A stretch of DNA of 63,631 nucleotides, the filler included, from Stramenopiles sp. TOSAG23-2 (taxonomy: Eukaryota), in assembly GCA_900128395.1 (NCBI GenBank). It is 20 parts of 20 records of this genome, joined end to end, with 100 filler letters (N's around TTAATTAATTAA, not from the genome) between each part and the next. Parts side by side here need not be neighbours in the genome. Positions count along the whole stretch, not along the records: positions 23,157 to 26,354 come from LT651326.1; positions 26,455 to 29,650 come from LT651327.1; positions 29,751 to 32,946 come from LT651328.1; positions 33,047 to 36,240 come from LT651329.1; 16 more parts are not named here. One strand, written 5' to 3'. Below are positions 23,352 through 35,316 of the stretch, one piece after another; position 1 is the first letter of the stretch, and each line of letters starts with the position of its first letter. The notes beneath the pieces were generated by a model, which was not told where the DNA came from, made no database searches, and saw only the letters and a program-made list of their open reading frames with translations. A program made the position numbers and the translations under genes.

Positions 23352-24175
23352 AAAAATATGATAAAAATATATAAAATAAATACTCTGGTTTAATGTGTAC
23401 TATAGTAAGAGTATATGTACAAACATACCATATTTTACCATACCAGGCATTAATTATCGAAAATATCCCTTTTTTTTATTTTTTACATGTGCACACCAAC
23501 AGCACATGTGTACAAAATTAAAAAAAGTATATTTAGTTTGTTTTTATCGGTAAAAACCATCGTTACAGGTAGTCGTCAGGTAGTGTATTTAATCTTATAC
23601 AGTAGCACAGTATAATACAGTACTATAATGCAACGTACTCCCTGCCCTTGAAACTTGTAAGCTGGTAAGCTGGTAAGCCAGGTATTAATAAGCCACACGA
23701 CGACGTTCTAGATATTATTTACGAGTTGCTTACCAAAAGCGTTAAAAAAATAAAAATATTTATATACCATATATATATTTATTAAATATGTAAAAAAAAT
23801 TGTGAAAAAAAATACGCGTAAAAGCAAAATTTTGTTTTTTGTTTTTTATTTTTTTATAATCTGCTGCTTTATTTTTAATTATTTTTTACGAAACACTATA
23901 AAAAAAAAACCTCTCGGATTTTTTACACGAATTAGTATGATATCTCTCTCTCTTTTTCATGACCAAATTTAAAAAATATATACGCGGAAGCCGTACTATT
24001 TTTTCTACACGAACGTTCGTGCTCGTATAATACCGAAAAAGAGTTAAAAATATAATATATATATATATATATATAATATAATATAATAATCTTTTTTTTA
24101 TTATTAAATGTATTTTAAAAAATATCTTTTTTTAAAAAAAATACGAAATACTTCGTACGGCTGCGTAATATTTTA

Positions 24176-24530
24176 TTTTTTTTTTACACAATAAACCTGC
24201 TTTTACCTCTTCCTCCCCGACCTCTACCTCTTCCACGGCCACCACCACGGCCACTGCCACGGCCACGACCACCAGATGATGACGATGATGACCCACCGTT
24301 AAAAAATGAAGTATTATTATTTCTTCTTCCACCACGACCGCCGCCATTATTTTTTTTTTACACAATAAACCTGCTTTTACCTCTTCCTCCCCGACCTCTA
24401 CCTCTGCCTCTTCCACGGCCACCACCACGGCCACGGCCACGGCCACGACCACCAGATGATGACGATGATGACCCACCGTTAAAAAATGAAGTATTATTAT
24501 TTCTTCTTCCACCACGACCGCCGCCATTAT
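24176..24530. repeat. Tandem near-duplicate (about 175 bp) of the DED1 3' end
   Basis: About 24176-24350 repeats about 24351-24530, differing by a 6-nt indel and a substitution. Could be an allele or assembly artefact, or a real duplication. Confidence 0.8.
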
Positions 24531-26298
24531 TGTTAGATCTAGAACTACTGCCACGTCCACCACGTTTTTTTGATCTACCACCACCACCATTGTAATTATT
24601 ATTATTGTTGTTGTTACGATAATCATCAAAACCTTTGCGTTTTTTATCACCACCTTTATTGCCACCACTATTAACACTTGCTAAAAATTGGGGCATTTCT
24701 TGATTATGTTGTTTCAAAAATTTATATAGTTGTTTCGCGATATTCATATTACTAGCCCTTCCTTGATCCATGACAAAAAATGAAGTTGCAGTACCTAAAT
24801 TTCCAGCTCTTCCAGTTCTCCCAATACGATGCGTATAATCTTCAATGTTTCCAGGCAAATCATAATTTATAACGTGCTTCACACCAGCAACATCGAGTCC
24901 TCTAGCGGCAACATCAGTAGCAACTAATACACGTGCTTTTCCCATTTTGAAATCATTCAAAGCGCGTTCACGCTCGGCTTGTGTCCGATCTCCATGTATC
25001 GCAGTTGCCGATACATTGTTATCCCGTAAAAAATGGAAAAGCCATCCAGCCGTTTTCTTTTTTGCAACAAAAACAATAGCCATACCATCAATGTCGTTTA
25101 AAGCATCTAGTAATGGATCTGTTTTGTCCCTAGCCTTTGTTAAAATAACTTTTTGTGTAATATTTTCAGTACTTGAACCAACTCTACCCACACCAATCCA
25201 CATATAATTTGACATGAAATCAGCAGCTAATTTCTGCATTTCATTTGGAAATGTAGCACTGAACATCAAAGTTTGCCTACCATCGGTTGGTTGAGGCATA
25301 TCGCTATGTTGCACAACCCGGCGTATTTGCGGTTCGAAACCCATATCCAACATTCTATCTGCTTCATCAAGGCATAAATAAGAGCATTGTGCCATTGATA
25401 TAATGCCACGTTCCATGATATCGATTAATCTACCAGGCGTTGCGACTAATAAATCACACCCATTTGCCAATTCTTTCAATTGAACTCGTAACGGCGAGCC
25501 ACCATATACACATACAGTTTGAAATGTTGATCCATTTGAAAATTTCATCGATTCGCCATGAATCTGTATAGCCAATTCACGTGTTGGTGCCATGACTAGT
25601 GCAATTGGTAAAGCACTTTTATTCTCCTTTCCAAACTTATCAGCAATTGGTCGAACTGCTAATTTTCTAGTAAACAATGGCAATAAAAATGCAGCTGTTT
25701 TACCAGAACCAGTTTGTGCACATACCATTAAATCAGATGCTTCATTCCTATCATTAAAACCAATCGCTGCAGGAATAGAATGTTTTTGCACCGGTGTTGG
25801 TTTCACATATCCACATAATTTAATATTTCTTGCTAAGTATGGTGGCATATGACTATGTAATAATTTATCATTAACAAACGATTCCAATACTGGATATTCA
25901 TTCGAACCTCCCCCAGAGCGTTTTACGGGGATGTCATCGTATTTGTCAAAGTTAATGCCCTCTGTTCCGCTAATAGTACCAAAAATGGCCTTTTCATGGT
26001 TTGATATTGGATCATTTATCTTAATTGTTTTCACTTTTTGAACTTTTTGATTATATCTCTTTTTCAAAGTTGTTGCAACGCAGTTAAAATAAAAATCTGC
26101 TTCGTCTGCTAATTTTGCATCACGCTGTTTTTGTTGATACATTGTACGAGATGCTTTTTTACCACCTTTTCTACTACGTTGTTGTGTTGTACTTGACGTA
26201 TCTGTAAATGCAGATGCGCCAACTGCAGAGTTGTTGTTGTTGTTATTAAACCTGACATTGTTGTTGTTTTTATAATTATTATTATTATTATATCTTCT
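24358..26298 (-). CDS. DED1: DEAD-box RNA helicase of the DED1/DDX3 family (5' end lost at a chimeric junction)
   Basis: GINFDKYDDIPV, PTPVQK, AQTGSGKT, PTREL, DEAD, SAT and HRIGRTGR motifs, plus an RGG tail. The frame is open upstream of ATG 26142 to about 26298. Confidence 0.92.
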   Translation of the reverse strand, partial: RRYNNNNNYKNNNNVRFNNNNNNSAVGASAFTDTSSTTQQRSRKGGKKASRTMYQQKQRDAKLADEADFYFNCVATTLKKRYNQKVQKVKTIKINDPISNHEKAIFGTISGTEGINFDKYDDIPVKRSGGGSNEYPVLESFVNDKLLHSHMPPYLARNIKLCGYVKPTPVQKHSIPAAIGFNDRNEASDLMVCAQTGSGKTAAFLLPLFTRKLAVRPIADKFGKENKSALPIALVMAPTRELAIQIHGESMKFSNGSTFQTVCVYGGSPLRVQLKELANGCDLLVATPGRLIDIMERGIISMAQCSYLCLDEADRMLDMGFEPQIRRVVQHSDMPQPTDGRQTLMFSATFPNEMQKLAADFMSNYMWIGVGRVGSSTENITQKVILTKARDKTDPLLDALNDIDGMAIVFVAKKKTAGWLFHFLRDNNVSATAIHGDRTQAERERALNDFKMGKARVLVATDVAARGLDVAGVKHVINYDLPGNIEDYTHRIGRTGRAGNLGTATSFFVMDQGRASNMNIAKQLYKFLKQHNQEMPQFLASVNSGGNKGGDKKRKGFDDYRNNNNNNNYNGGGGRSKKRGGRGSSSRSNNNGGGRGGRRNNNTSFFNGGSSSSSSGGRGRGRGRGGGRGRGRGRGRGGRGKSRFIV

Positions 26299-26454
26299 AG
26301 ATGTTGCTGGTGTGAAGCACGTTATAAATTATGATTTGCCTGGAAACATCCCATNNNNNNNNNNNNNNNNNNNNNNNNNNNNNNNNNNNNNNNNNNNNTT
26401 AATTAATTAANNNNNNNNNNNNNNNNNNNNNNNNNNNNNNNNNNNNNNNNNNNN

Positions 26455-27224
26455 CAACATATGTAGCTGCATCAGAACATTTTGAAATCGCGTTTAAAAT
26501 TGCAGCACCTCAAGCAGCATATTGGAGCTTTGGACCACAATATTTAATGGGTAGCATGTTTATCTTTAAAATGATGGGTAGCACATTAATCGCAAGTGGG
26601 CAACATAGTATGTTTCTAGGATTGATGTTTTTCATTAGTATATTGACAATATCATTAATGATTGGCGCAGTTCTTGCAGCATATGCAACGGATATTTACA
26701 CGGCATATGACTTTGGTTCCTCCGCATGTATATATGCAACAAAACAAGAATGTGCCATTTCATACGCTTCTATATTTGCTGGAAAAGATAGTTTACAAAG
26801 TGTCTTTGATGCATTTGGTTGGGTTGTTGGATTTAATTTAATATTTGTTTTACTACGTGGTTCGTTAATGATTTGCCATGACTTTGATTTCTTAGCAAAA
26901 GCAGCTATTAGTAGTTTTTTCGTAGTATATTTACCTGCAATATTTCTTGCAAGGTTTTACATTCAAACAAGTGTAAGTTATTACATTGCAATGTATATAC
27001 CACATTTTGCATTAATTATTGTTTTTGGATGGAGAATGTATCGGCATGTACAATGTTTAAGAAATGGTAGCGACGGTCCATGGACAATTCATACTCGCAA
27101 AATGTCATCATTTAGTCGTGGAAGTGATGGTTTAGATCGATTACCAACGGATAGCGAACGTTTGGATACGCCATTGTTGGATAAAAATGCGAATATAAAT
27201 AATGATGATAATCTTCTTCAATAA
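26455..27224 (+). CDS. Multi-pass membrane transporter, probably MATE/DinF-like (5'-truncated)
   Basis: About six hydrophobic helices. LLRGSLMICHDFDFLAK resembles the MATE C-half motif. The frame is open from the contig edge. Confidence 0.55.
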
Positions 27225-27909
27225 TGAAGGACGACAATATGTGATATATACTAATATACTCATGTGGTTAGATGGTTATACATATATGAATTTAACCGAG
27301 AAACCAACATTTCTTGTCGTCAATCACACTTCTTTTCGGTGCTGATCTGTAATTTAGAGTAAAACAAAAAGTATAATTATTAGTATTCTAATTCAATAAG
27401 ATAGGACCATATCCAGTGTATCCAGTATAAACATCAGTATACTCTCTGTATAAGTAGGCGGGCATCCATTATATTAATGCTATTTAGATGTTAATTCTAA
27501 TTGGTTTCAGATAGCAGGTACACAGCACACAGCATTGATTTTGCCATCTCTCAAACTTTTTTGTTTTTCCTTTCACAACTATATAGCACTATAGACTATA
27601 ATAGACCTTTAGACTATGGAATTAAAATGCACCCGAACGTGTATCGTACACTACCAAGCCTGCACGCCTATCAATTTACACTAATAAATCCCATTTTTTT
27701 TGAATGAAAAAATACTTTTCTTTAAAAAATATTGAATGAAGACACTCGAATTATTCGAATAGAAAGACCTCTGTGTGTGGACCGACCTCGGTGAGATATA
27801 TAGATACATATATCATACTGTAGATACATATATATATATATATATACACTAGGAGAGCGATAGTAATCGTACGCATACAAGAAAAACAAAAGAAGAAGAA
27901 GAAGCAAAC

Positions 27910-29298
27910 ATGAAGGTTGCCGTAAAAACACTTACTGGTAATAAATTTGAAATTGAAGCTGAATTATCCACTACAATTGGTGAATGTAAAAAAATTGTAG
28001 AAGCTGATAAAGGATTTCCAGCTGCAGGGATGAAATTAATCTGTGATGGTAAAGTATTAAAAGATGACGTGACGTTGGAAGCTGCCGGTATTAAACCTGG
28101 TTCATTTTTAGTATGTTTTGTTAGTAAAAAAGCAAAAAAGAAGAAGCCAGCACCAGCACCAACACCACAAGTAACTATGACAGGTGACGGAAGCGGAAGC
28201 ACTAATACAACAACTACATCTTCGTCTAATACTAATACTACTGCACCGCCAGCAACTACCAATACGACTGCACCGCCACCAACCACGACAGAAAATGCAG
28301 AAGCTACTACTACCAATGCAGAACCAACCAGTACTTCTTCCGACGCAACTGCTACGACGCAAAATACAACCGGTGCAACAACAACACCACAACAACCTGC
28401 TGTAGATGCTGGTGTTGTACAACAAGTTATGGAAATCACAAACACGGATGAAGCCACTGCAACTGCTGCTGTTCGTGCTGCTTTTGGTGATGTAAGCCGT
28501 GCAGTTGCATATGTCTTTGATCCATCATCCATGCCACAGATGCCACCACCACAACAAGCGCAACAAGCTCAACAAGGCGGTACAACTGCAACAACGGGTG
28601 GTGATGGAGGTGGTACAAATGCTGCATTGGATCAATTACGTAACGACCCACGATTCGATCAATTGCGTACCATGGTACAACAAAATCCTGCATCTTTACC
28701 AGCAGTATTACGTGGCATTGAAACGACGAATCCACAATTATTTGCTATTATTAATCAAGATCCACCAGCATTTGTTCGTATGTTAAATGAACCGATCCAA
28801 CCACGCGCAGGTGCAACAACTACTGCTAATACACAACCAACGCAAGGACAAGCGCAACCAACGCAAGGAGGATTACCAGGCATGGCCGGGTTAGCTGGTG
28901 CATTAGGAGGCAATACACCTAATCCAGCGCAATTAGTGCAAATGTTAAATGCAATGCCTCCACAAGCTCGTGCGCAAATGGCACAACAATTAGGTATGAC
29001 ACCAGAACAATTACAACAATTTCAACAAATGATGGCACAAATGCCTCCTGGACAATTGCAACAAATGATGCAACAAATGGGCGGCATGGGTGGCGGTGGT
29101 GGTGGTGGCGGCGGTGGCCAAGGTGGATTGCCACCAGGTGCCGTTCGTGTGAATTTATCACCTGATGATCAAGCTGCTATACAACGATTAGAAGCAATGG
29201 GACTGGGTTCAAGAAATGAAATCATACAAGTTTATCTTGCATGCGATAGGAACGAAAATCAAGCAGCTAATATTTTAATGGATCAAGCATTTCAATAA
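27910..29298 (+). CDS. RAD23: UV excision repair / ubiquitin receptor RAD23
   Basis: UBL (MKVAVKTLTGNKFEIE...KLICDGKVLKDD), UBA1, XPC-binding region (LRNDPRFDQLRTMVQQNP) and UBA2 (AIQRLEAMG...YLACDRNENQAANIL). Confidence 0.95.
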   Translation: MKVAVKTLTGNKFEIEAELSTTIGECKKIVEADKGFPAAGMKLICDGKVLKDDVTLEAAGIKPGSFLVCFVSKKAKKKKPAPAPTPQVTMTGDGSGSTNTTTTSSSNTNTTAPPATTNTTAPPPTTTENAEATTTNAEPTSTSSDATATTQNTTGATTTPQQPAVDAGVVQQVMEITNTDEATATAAVRAAFGDVSRAVAYVFDPSSMPQMPPPQQAQQAQQGGTTATTGGDGGGTNAALDQLRNDPRFDQLRTMVQQNPASLPAVLRGIETTNPQLFAIINQDPPAFVRMLNEPIQPRAGATTTANTQPTQGQAQPTQGGLPGMAGLAGALGGNTPNPAQLVQMLNAMPPQARAQMAQQLGMTPEQLQQFQQMMAQMPPGQLQQMMQQMGGMGGGGGGGGGGQGGLPPGAVRVNLSPDDQAAIQRLEAMGLGSRNEIIQVYLACDRNENQAANILMDQAFQ

Positions 29299-29880
29299 AG
29301 GGTATATATGTATATAATACGTACATATTGTTTTAGATCAATGCAGCAGAGAGAAGTAATATATATATATATATATATATGTATATGTTTATATTGAGAT
29401 ATATATAATTTACGAACATTTAGCTTGCCAGAGCTTGTGCAAACTATACATTTTGATGAAATAATTGATGAGATGGTCGTAGGAAACAGTTTGTGTAGTG
29501 GGGCGTGTGTCTTGTGTGTTTGCAAAAAGAAATATATCCTTTTCTCTTTGAGGATATGTGTGTGTGTTTGTATTACAATATTATACTGTGTGGATTCTAG
29601 ATGTATTTATATATAAATATAGATATATATAATAAGCGCATAGTGAGTAANNNNNNNNNNNNNNNNNNNNNNNNNNNNNNNNNNNNNNNNNNNNTTAATT
29701 AATTAANNNNNNNNNNNNNNNNNNNNNNNNNNNNNNNNNNNNNNNNNNNNTAATTATCACGAAAGGTATATTCTAAGTATATCACTGCGTTCTGTAACTC
29801 TTTTTTCTAGAACGATCGAAGACTATCTTTTAGCTGACACAATACAAGGTTTACGGTCTTGACTAGTACAGTTGTTCAGT

Positions 29881-32658
29881 ATGAGTTTATTTACAAAAAG
29901 AAAGAGTTATTTCATACTGCTGTGTGTTTTAGAGTTGGTATCGAGTTTGTCTATACGTAGTTCAAGAAAATTCATACCGGCTGCCTCAATAAAACAGGGA
30001 GAGGAAGAGTGTAATGAAGAAGAAAAGGTGTGGCAAGGAACTGTTGTGAAAGACGCTTTTTGTTTGAGTCCTGTAAAGGCTGCTGCTGAATGCTACAAAC
30101 TTGGATCTGAGAATAAAGAAGAAATTAAAGCTGACGATGTAACATATTTTGGGAAGAAAAGGGGACTTGTACGCTGGCTCCTCTCTGGGAGCTTACACAA
30201 ACGATTTGCAAGAGATGCTGATTCACGAATTTTTAACAATAACAATTTGCCTTTTGGGTGTTTTTTTTTAAAGGGGGACTTGCGTTTTAATGAAGCAAAT
30301 ATAGGTACAAACAACGAGAACAAACTTTGTTCCGGTGATATAACTTGTATATGCAAGTCTGGGTGTTTTAAATGTCCCAGAAATTCTGTTTTTTCGAACA
30401 AGAAATGTATTGCTTGTCCATGGTATGAACCATCAACAATGGTAGGTGGAAAAGACCATGGAAAATGTATACCTTGTCCTGAGGGATACGGATTTGAAGA
30501 TAAAAAAAAATGGGGGAGATGGGATGATGGGAAACATTGCGCGCGTTGCCCAAAAAACACCTACAGTGAAGGGTCCAAAAAGTCGGATAAGGAATTCGTA
30601 CGTTGCAAACCGTGTTCCGGCGGCTTTACTTCAGAGCCGGGATCGACAACATGCCAAAACCCTGAAGTAACAGAATCAACCGCGAAGTTTACAAAGCTGT
30701 TCGAAACCACCCAAAGCCAAATGAAACAAATAGTAGAGTCGTTTGCAGCATCAAAAAATTATGAAAATAGTATCAATTCTGGGCAAGTAAATAGACTTCA
30801 ACGTTTGATAGCAACTGATGAAGTCCGTAGAGATTACGATAACATGCGTAAAAATAATGCTGCTGTATATCAGAAACATGGTGTACAAGCTTGTAAACAC
30901 GAACGTGAAGACCACGAAACGAAACGCCATGTTCACATCATGACTGCTATTCCATTGCACGAAGAAATAGGCGATAAAACGTGTTTAAGCACCAACCGAG
31001 ATGAATTAATAAGTGCCTTTTGCAATTTTAGAAAAGATTTTAATGTTACTTCGTCAAAACATAATCTAGGCGACGCAAAGGCTTTCTGGCCAAATATTTG
31101 CTGTGCTGCTACTGGTGATAGCTGCAACTCTACAAAGATTGAACGGGAACTCATAGTGCCATTTGCGCTTGCTCAGGGTGGTAAAGTTACAAAAGCAGCT
31201 TTATATGGTGAGTTGTTAGATGTGTTGAGGGCGAACGGAAAGGATCATCACAAACAAGGGGGGTATCTTCTGAAGGGAATGTTGAAAGTGTTAAGTGCTG
31301 TTAACAATGTTAGTAACGATGTTAGTAAAAAACGCATTGACGAGCTAAAACGCAAGTTAAGCCGTCTGTTTCACCGAATTCATTTGTGTGGCCCAAGAGT
31401 GTTTGACTCGCCAACAGATGGCGGGAAGATGTGCGAATTATTTTATCCGTATGTTACCTTAATGATGACATTTCATGAAGAGTTCAAGTCTTTGTACGAC
31501 GATGAAGATGCAAAAGTTCTAGTTCCTAAACCATCTTTTTTGGAAGTCATGGAATTTCGTAAAAATTCTACAGGATTAAGAACGAGAGGTAAGAATGGTA
31601 ACTGTTCACTGGAACTAAAATTTTCCAGCGCTGAAGAATTGGCCGAAAAGAAAGATGAATTCTGCCCGTTGTTTAATCCTATCTTTTTGGGCGACACGGA
31701 CCATGATTTCCACGACCTCATGAATATTGTCATGTTTCGAGTAGGCAAAGACATTGGTCGCACGGACCAATTTGTGGAAGCACTATCAGACAAGGCGCGC
31801 TTCGCAGTAGGAGACAAATGTTCTCGCATGTTGAATCCTGAACATATTTCACTTCAAAATGTTGAGGTGGGGGGTCGAAAAGAATGGGTTTTGTTAGCAA
31901 AATTACATTCACCACCAAATGGATATTTGTTGAATGAAGCAAAAAAGTGTATATCCAGAAAAAAAAATCCAAATTATCTGCCCCATGTTGTTGTTAATTT
32001 TGGTATTTATGAAGATAAAAACGATTGTTGTGAAGGTAAAAGTGTAGCATCCTGCCAAAGCTGCAATTCAGAAAATGCAACAACGCCACTAGACCACCAT
32101 TGGACAAAAGAACAATTGTTCTATGAGATGACGGTGACTGGCAATACATTTAAATTAGCATTAGATGGGAATCCAATATTAGTAGGGACAAAACATACCT
32201 ATTTGCGAAAACCAAATTCGGTGCAACCTAAAGATAGTAATGTAGGCGAAAAATTAAAGGAAGCTATTAGAAATGTTACTGCAAGTAAAAATAATAATAG
32301 AAGGAGACGGTTATTAGGGTGGAATGCCCATTGGAAAGAATTTACCACCTACGTGGAAACAACGCAAGGAACATGTAACAGCGAATTATTAACAGATGTA
32401 GAAGTTGATGATAGTGGCAGCTTTCGTTTCAAATGCTCAGAAGCGAAGGCACTGTGCACATGCATTCAACATGTTGGTGGAAGTGGTGAAGAGCAACATT
32501 TTGAGGCTGGAAATGTGGGATTAAATGTGTTTCGTCAAGATGGTACAGTTGGTTATGAGATATTAGAAGATGGTGAAGCATTTGCTTATGGTGATGTGAA
32601 TGAAGGTAGGGTAGACAGGAGGAGGAGGTTGTTGCAATCACATGGCGGAGGAAGCTGA
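29881..32658 (+). CDS. Secreted Cys-rich protein with CxxC (GCC2/ephrin-like) repeats, coiled coil and RRRLL motifs
   Basis: Signal peptide YFILLCVLELVSS. Repeats CFKCP, CIPCPEG and CKPCSGG. Also SFLE and two RRRRLL motifs. Confidence 0.8.
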   Translation: MSLFTKRKSYFILLCVLELVSSLSIRSSRKFIPAASIKQGEEECNEEEKVWQGTVVKDAFCLSPVKAAAECYKLGSENKEEIKADDVTYFGKKRGLVRWLLSGSLHKRFARDADSRIFNNNNLPFGCFFLKGDLRFNEANIGTNNENKLCSGDITCICKSGCFKCPRNSVFSNKKCIACPWYEPSTMVGGKDHGKCIPCPEGYGFEDKKKWGRWDDGKHCARCPKNTYSEGSKKSDKEFVRCKPCSGGFTSEPGSTTCQNPEVTESTAKFTKLFETTQSQMKQIVESFAASKNYENSINSGQVNRLQRLIATDEVRRDYDNMRKNNAAVYQKHGVQACKHEREDHETKRHVHIMTAIPLHEEIGDKTCLSTNRDELISAFCNFRKDFNVTSSKHNLGDAKAFWPNICCAATGDSCNSTKIERELIVPFALAQGGKVTKAALYGELLDVLRANGKDHHKQGGYLLKGMLKVLSAVNNVSNDVSKKRIDELKRKLSRLFHRIHLCGPRVFDSPTDGGKMCELFYPYVTLMMTFHEEFKSLYDDEDAKVLVPKPSFLEVMEFRKNSTGLRTRGKNGNCSLELKFSSAEELAEKKDEFCPLFNPIFLGDTDHDFHDLMNIVMFRVGKDIGRTDQFVEALSDKARFAVGDKCSRMLNPEHISLQNVEVGGRKEWVLLAKLHSPPNGYLLNEAKKCISRKKNPNYLPHVVVNFGIYEDKNDCCEGKSVASCQSCNSENATTPLDHHWTKEQLFYEMTVTGNTFKLALDGNPILVGTKHTYLRKPNSVQPKDSNVGEKLKEAIRNVTASKNNNRRRRLLGWNAHWKEFTTYVETTQGTCNSELLTDVEVDDSGSFRFKCSEAKALCTCIQHVGGSGEEQHFEAGNVGLNVFRQDGTVGYEILEDGEAFAYGDVNEGRVDRRRRLLQSHGGGS

Positions 32659-33047
32659 AAATTGAGCAGGTGGTTTATATTATACGAAATATCAATGCAT
32701 ATTTACGACTTTATATATATTATTATAACTTAGATTTTAACCAAAATATATATATATAAAGAAAAGAGACAATACGAAATTATATTTTTATAATATTACA
32801 CTACTCGGTCATATCATAATCTTTTTGATTTTTACTTTGTACATGTCATATCATATCATTACTTTACATAGATTTAATGTGACATCAATTATTAATATTA
32901 TGCCTTTTCAAGTATTCTACTAGGATTACCAACAACAGTTACACAANNNNNNNNNNNNNNNNNNNNNNNNNNNNNNNNNNNNNNNNNNNNTTAATTAATT
33001 AANNNNNNNNNNNNNNNNNNNNNNNNNNNNNNNNNNNNNNNNNNNNA

Positions 33048-34114
33048 AAAGAATTTATTTATCAATACAATATACCATGTATAACATTAATACAACAAGA
33101 AACACAAGATATCATTCATAATAATAATAATAATAATGATAATAATGAAAAACAACAACAACAACAATATAAAGAAATTACTATTAAATTAAATGGTATC
33201 CATGAAAGTTATGGACAAACGGCAGAAAAAACGGGATATACATTATGGCAAGCAGCAATTAAATTGGCTAATAATATGGTCAAATTAAATAATAATGGTG
33301 GTTTATTTAATTATTTCACATCATCGTCAATAATAACAAATAATAATAAGAATAATAATAATACACAAAGTATAATAATCAATAATAACATGGCGAACAA
33401 GAATACAAATAGAAATGCAATAAAAATATTAGAACTTGGTGCTGGTTTAGGTTTATGTGGTATATTAGCATCAAAATTAATGATATTAACGGAGAATAAT
33501 AATGCAAACATACATCATATACCAACGATTAATGTTGTCATAACAGATGGGGATACAAAAGTATTAAATGGTATACAAGATAATATTTTATTAAATACAA
33601 TAAATAATACGACAACAACAACATCATCGTTTAAGAACAACAATATGATTGCAATGAAATTACGTTGGGGTCTTGAATATATTGATGATTTTATAAAACA
33701 TATACCAAATGATTTTATACATAAATGTAAAACAAATGGAAGAAGAACAATACAATCTCATGATAAATATTTTAATATTATAATGGGTAGTGATATTATA
33801 TATGATGAAAACATTATACCATCTTTATTTGATACGGGTAAGTATATATAATATATATGATTCATATGTATTCCATGTATAACTAACAACACTAATATAA
33901 CATTTTATATTGACATATAGTATATTCATTATTAATCAATAATGATAATAATACAACAACTTCACCAAGTATATTTATATTGAGTTATGAACGTAGAAAT
34001 GTTCCAATGGATTTAGTCTTTCAAATTGCATTTGAAAAAGGTTTTGAATTAATACCAAAACATGATGAATTGATTCAGATTGATCATTTATATATATTTC
34101 AAATTAAAAAGTAA
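33048..34114 (+). CDS. Methyltransferase-16 (METTL21-like) lysine methyltransferase, two exons (<33048-33837, 33921-34114)
   Basis: TGYTLWQAA, ILELGAGLGLCGI, TDGD, LRWG and GSDIIYD motifs. Splicing restores LFDTVYSLL...ILSYERRN...IKK*. Confidence 0.85.
33838..33920 (+). other. 83-nt spliceosomal intron
   Basis: GTAAGT donor, ACTAAC branch point at 33882-33887 and TAG acceptor. Removal yields an in-frame, family-typical C-terminus. Confidence 0.85.
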
Positions 34115-35316
34115 TCGAATTTTGGGGTATGTGTGTGTGTATGTTGGAATCAAAAATGTTTTTTTTTTGTTGGTCAGATCATCTCTTCCGTCTCTTCATT
34201 TCTCGTGTTGATTTAATTATATATTATATGTATGTATTCATGAGATAATGATACATATAATTGACTTTAAATATGACTTAGTGACTTAGTGTCGTATTAG
34301 AGATTTAGAGAGAAGATTTTACACTTTATACTTTACACAAAAACAATTATAAATAATTTATAATATGGAGAGAGAGTTACATATTATAACATTTTTTATT
34401 AATTAATATTTTTTACGATGTCTCTCATAGGTTTTCAAAGTCGGTGCATTTCAAAAACGATGTGTTCCCCCAGTGCAGAGTCCAGACTCGAGAGAGACAA
34501 GATTAGCTTTTAAACCCGATCATCACTTCTACTCTTCAATGAAATTGAATAACTGACCAATATTTTGCACGTTGCATCCATCAATGTCTATTTAAAACCA
34601 TTATTATTTGCAAAGCCCAACACGTAGATTCCATTGTTATGCTTTTTTACTTTGATCATTTTGACTGTTGTGTTATATCATATGAAGATGATCGATATCT
34701 ACATCAGATATATTACCAATCAAATATATATATATAACCTTGATTACAACGAAATAGCTATACGTAAAATGTCGTTAAATCTATTATAACAATAGGTTTA
34801 ATGTTGTGTATATAAGACTAATATGATATACTGTATATTTCATGATAAAATCATTTATTTTCCAATCGTTGTTTATTAACATGTCCTATATATGTTTATG
34901 TTTATATGATGTACAGAGCGAGAAGAGATTTATATCTTAAAAAATAAGAATAAAAATATATTTTATCTTTTTCATTTTAACAATCTATGTCCAAATTGAC
35001 ACTTCAATATATTTTTAAATTGTTTAAGCGAACATGTTTGTTGCATGTAATATATATCGTACCTGAGAAGGGTCTTCGTTCTATATATTGAAATATCCTA
35101 CGAATATATGATACATTGATTGAGATAATAATGCGATTAATTGCGATATAGATTATATGTTATGGTGTCAGAGGTGTATTTTAATATAAATGAAAGCATG
35201 TTTTTAAAACTATTATACATTTTTTAGTGTTTTTGTTTTATTTCAACTTTATAAAATTAATTCAAATTTAATTATCATATACATTTTATATATATGCATA
35301 TATAAAAATTATTTAT

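Noticed and set aside
24132-24677. 181-aa Val-rich ORF with an internal repeat
   Set aside because: It is an alternative frame of the DED1 RGG tail plus the tandem duplication.
27849-28532. 227-aa antisense ORF, and the many other short overlapping ORFs in the track
   Set aside because: They are shadows of real genes on the opposite strand or frame, with no independent motifs.
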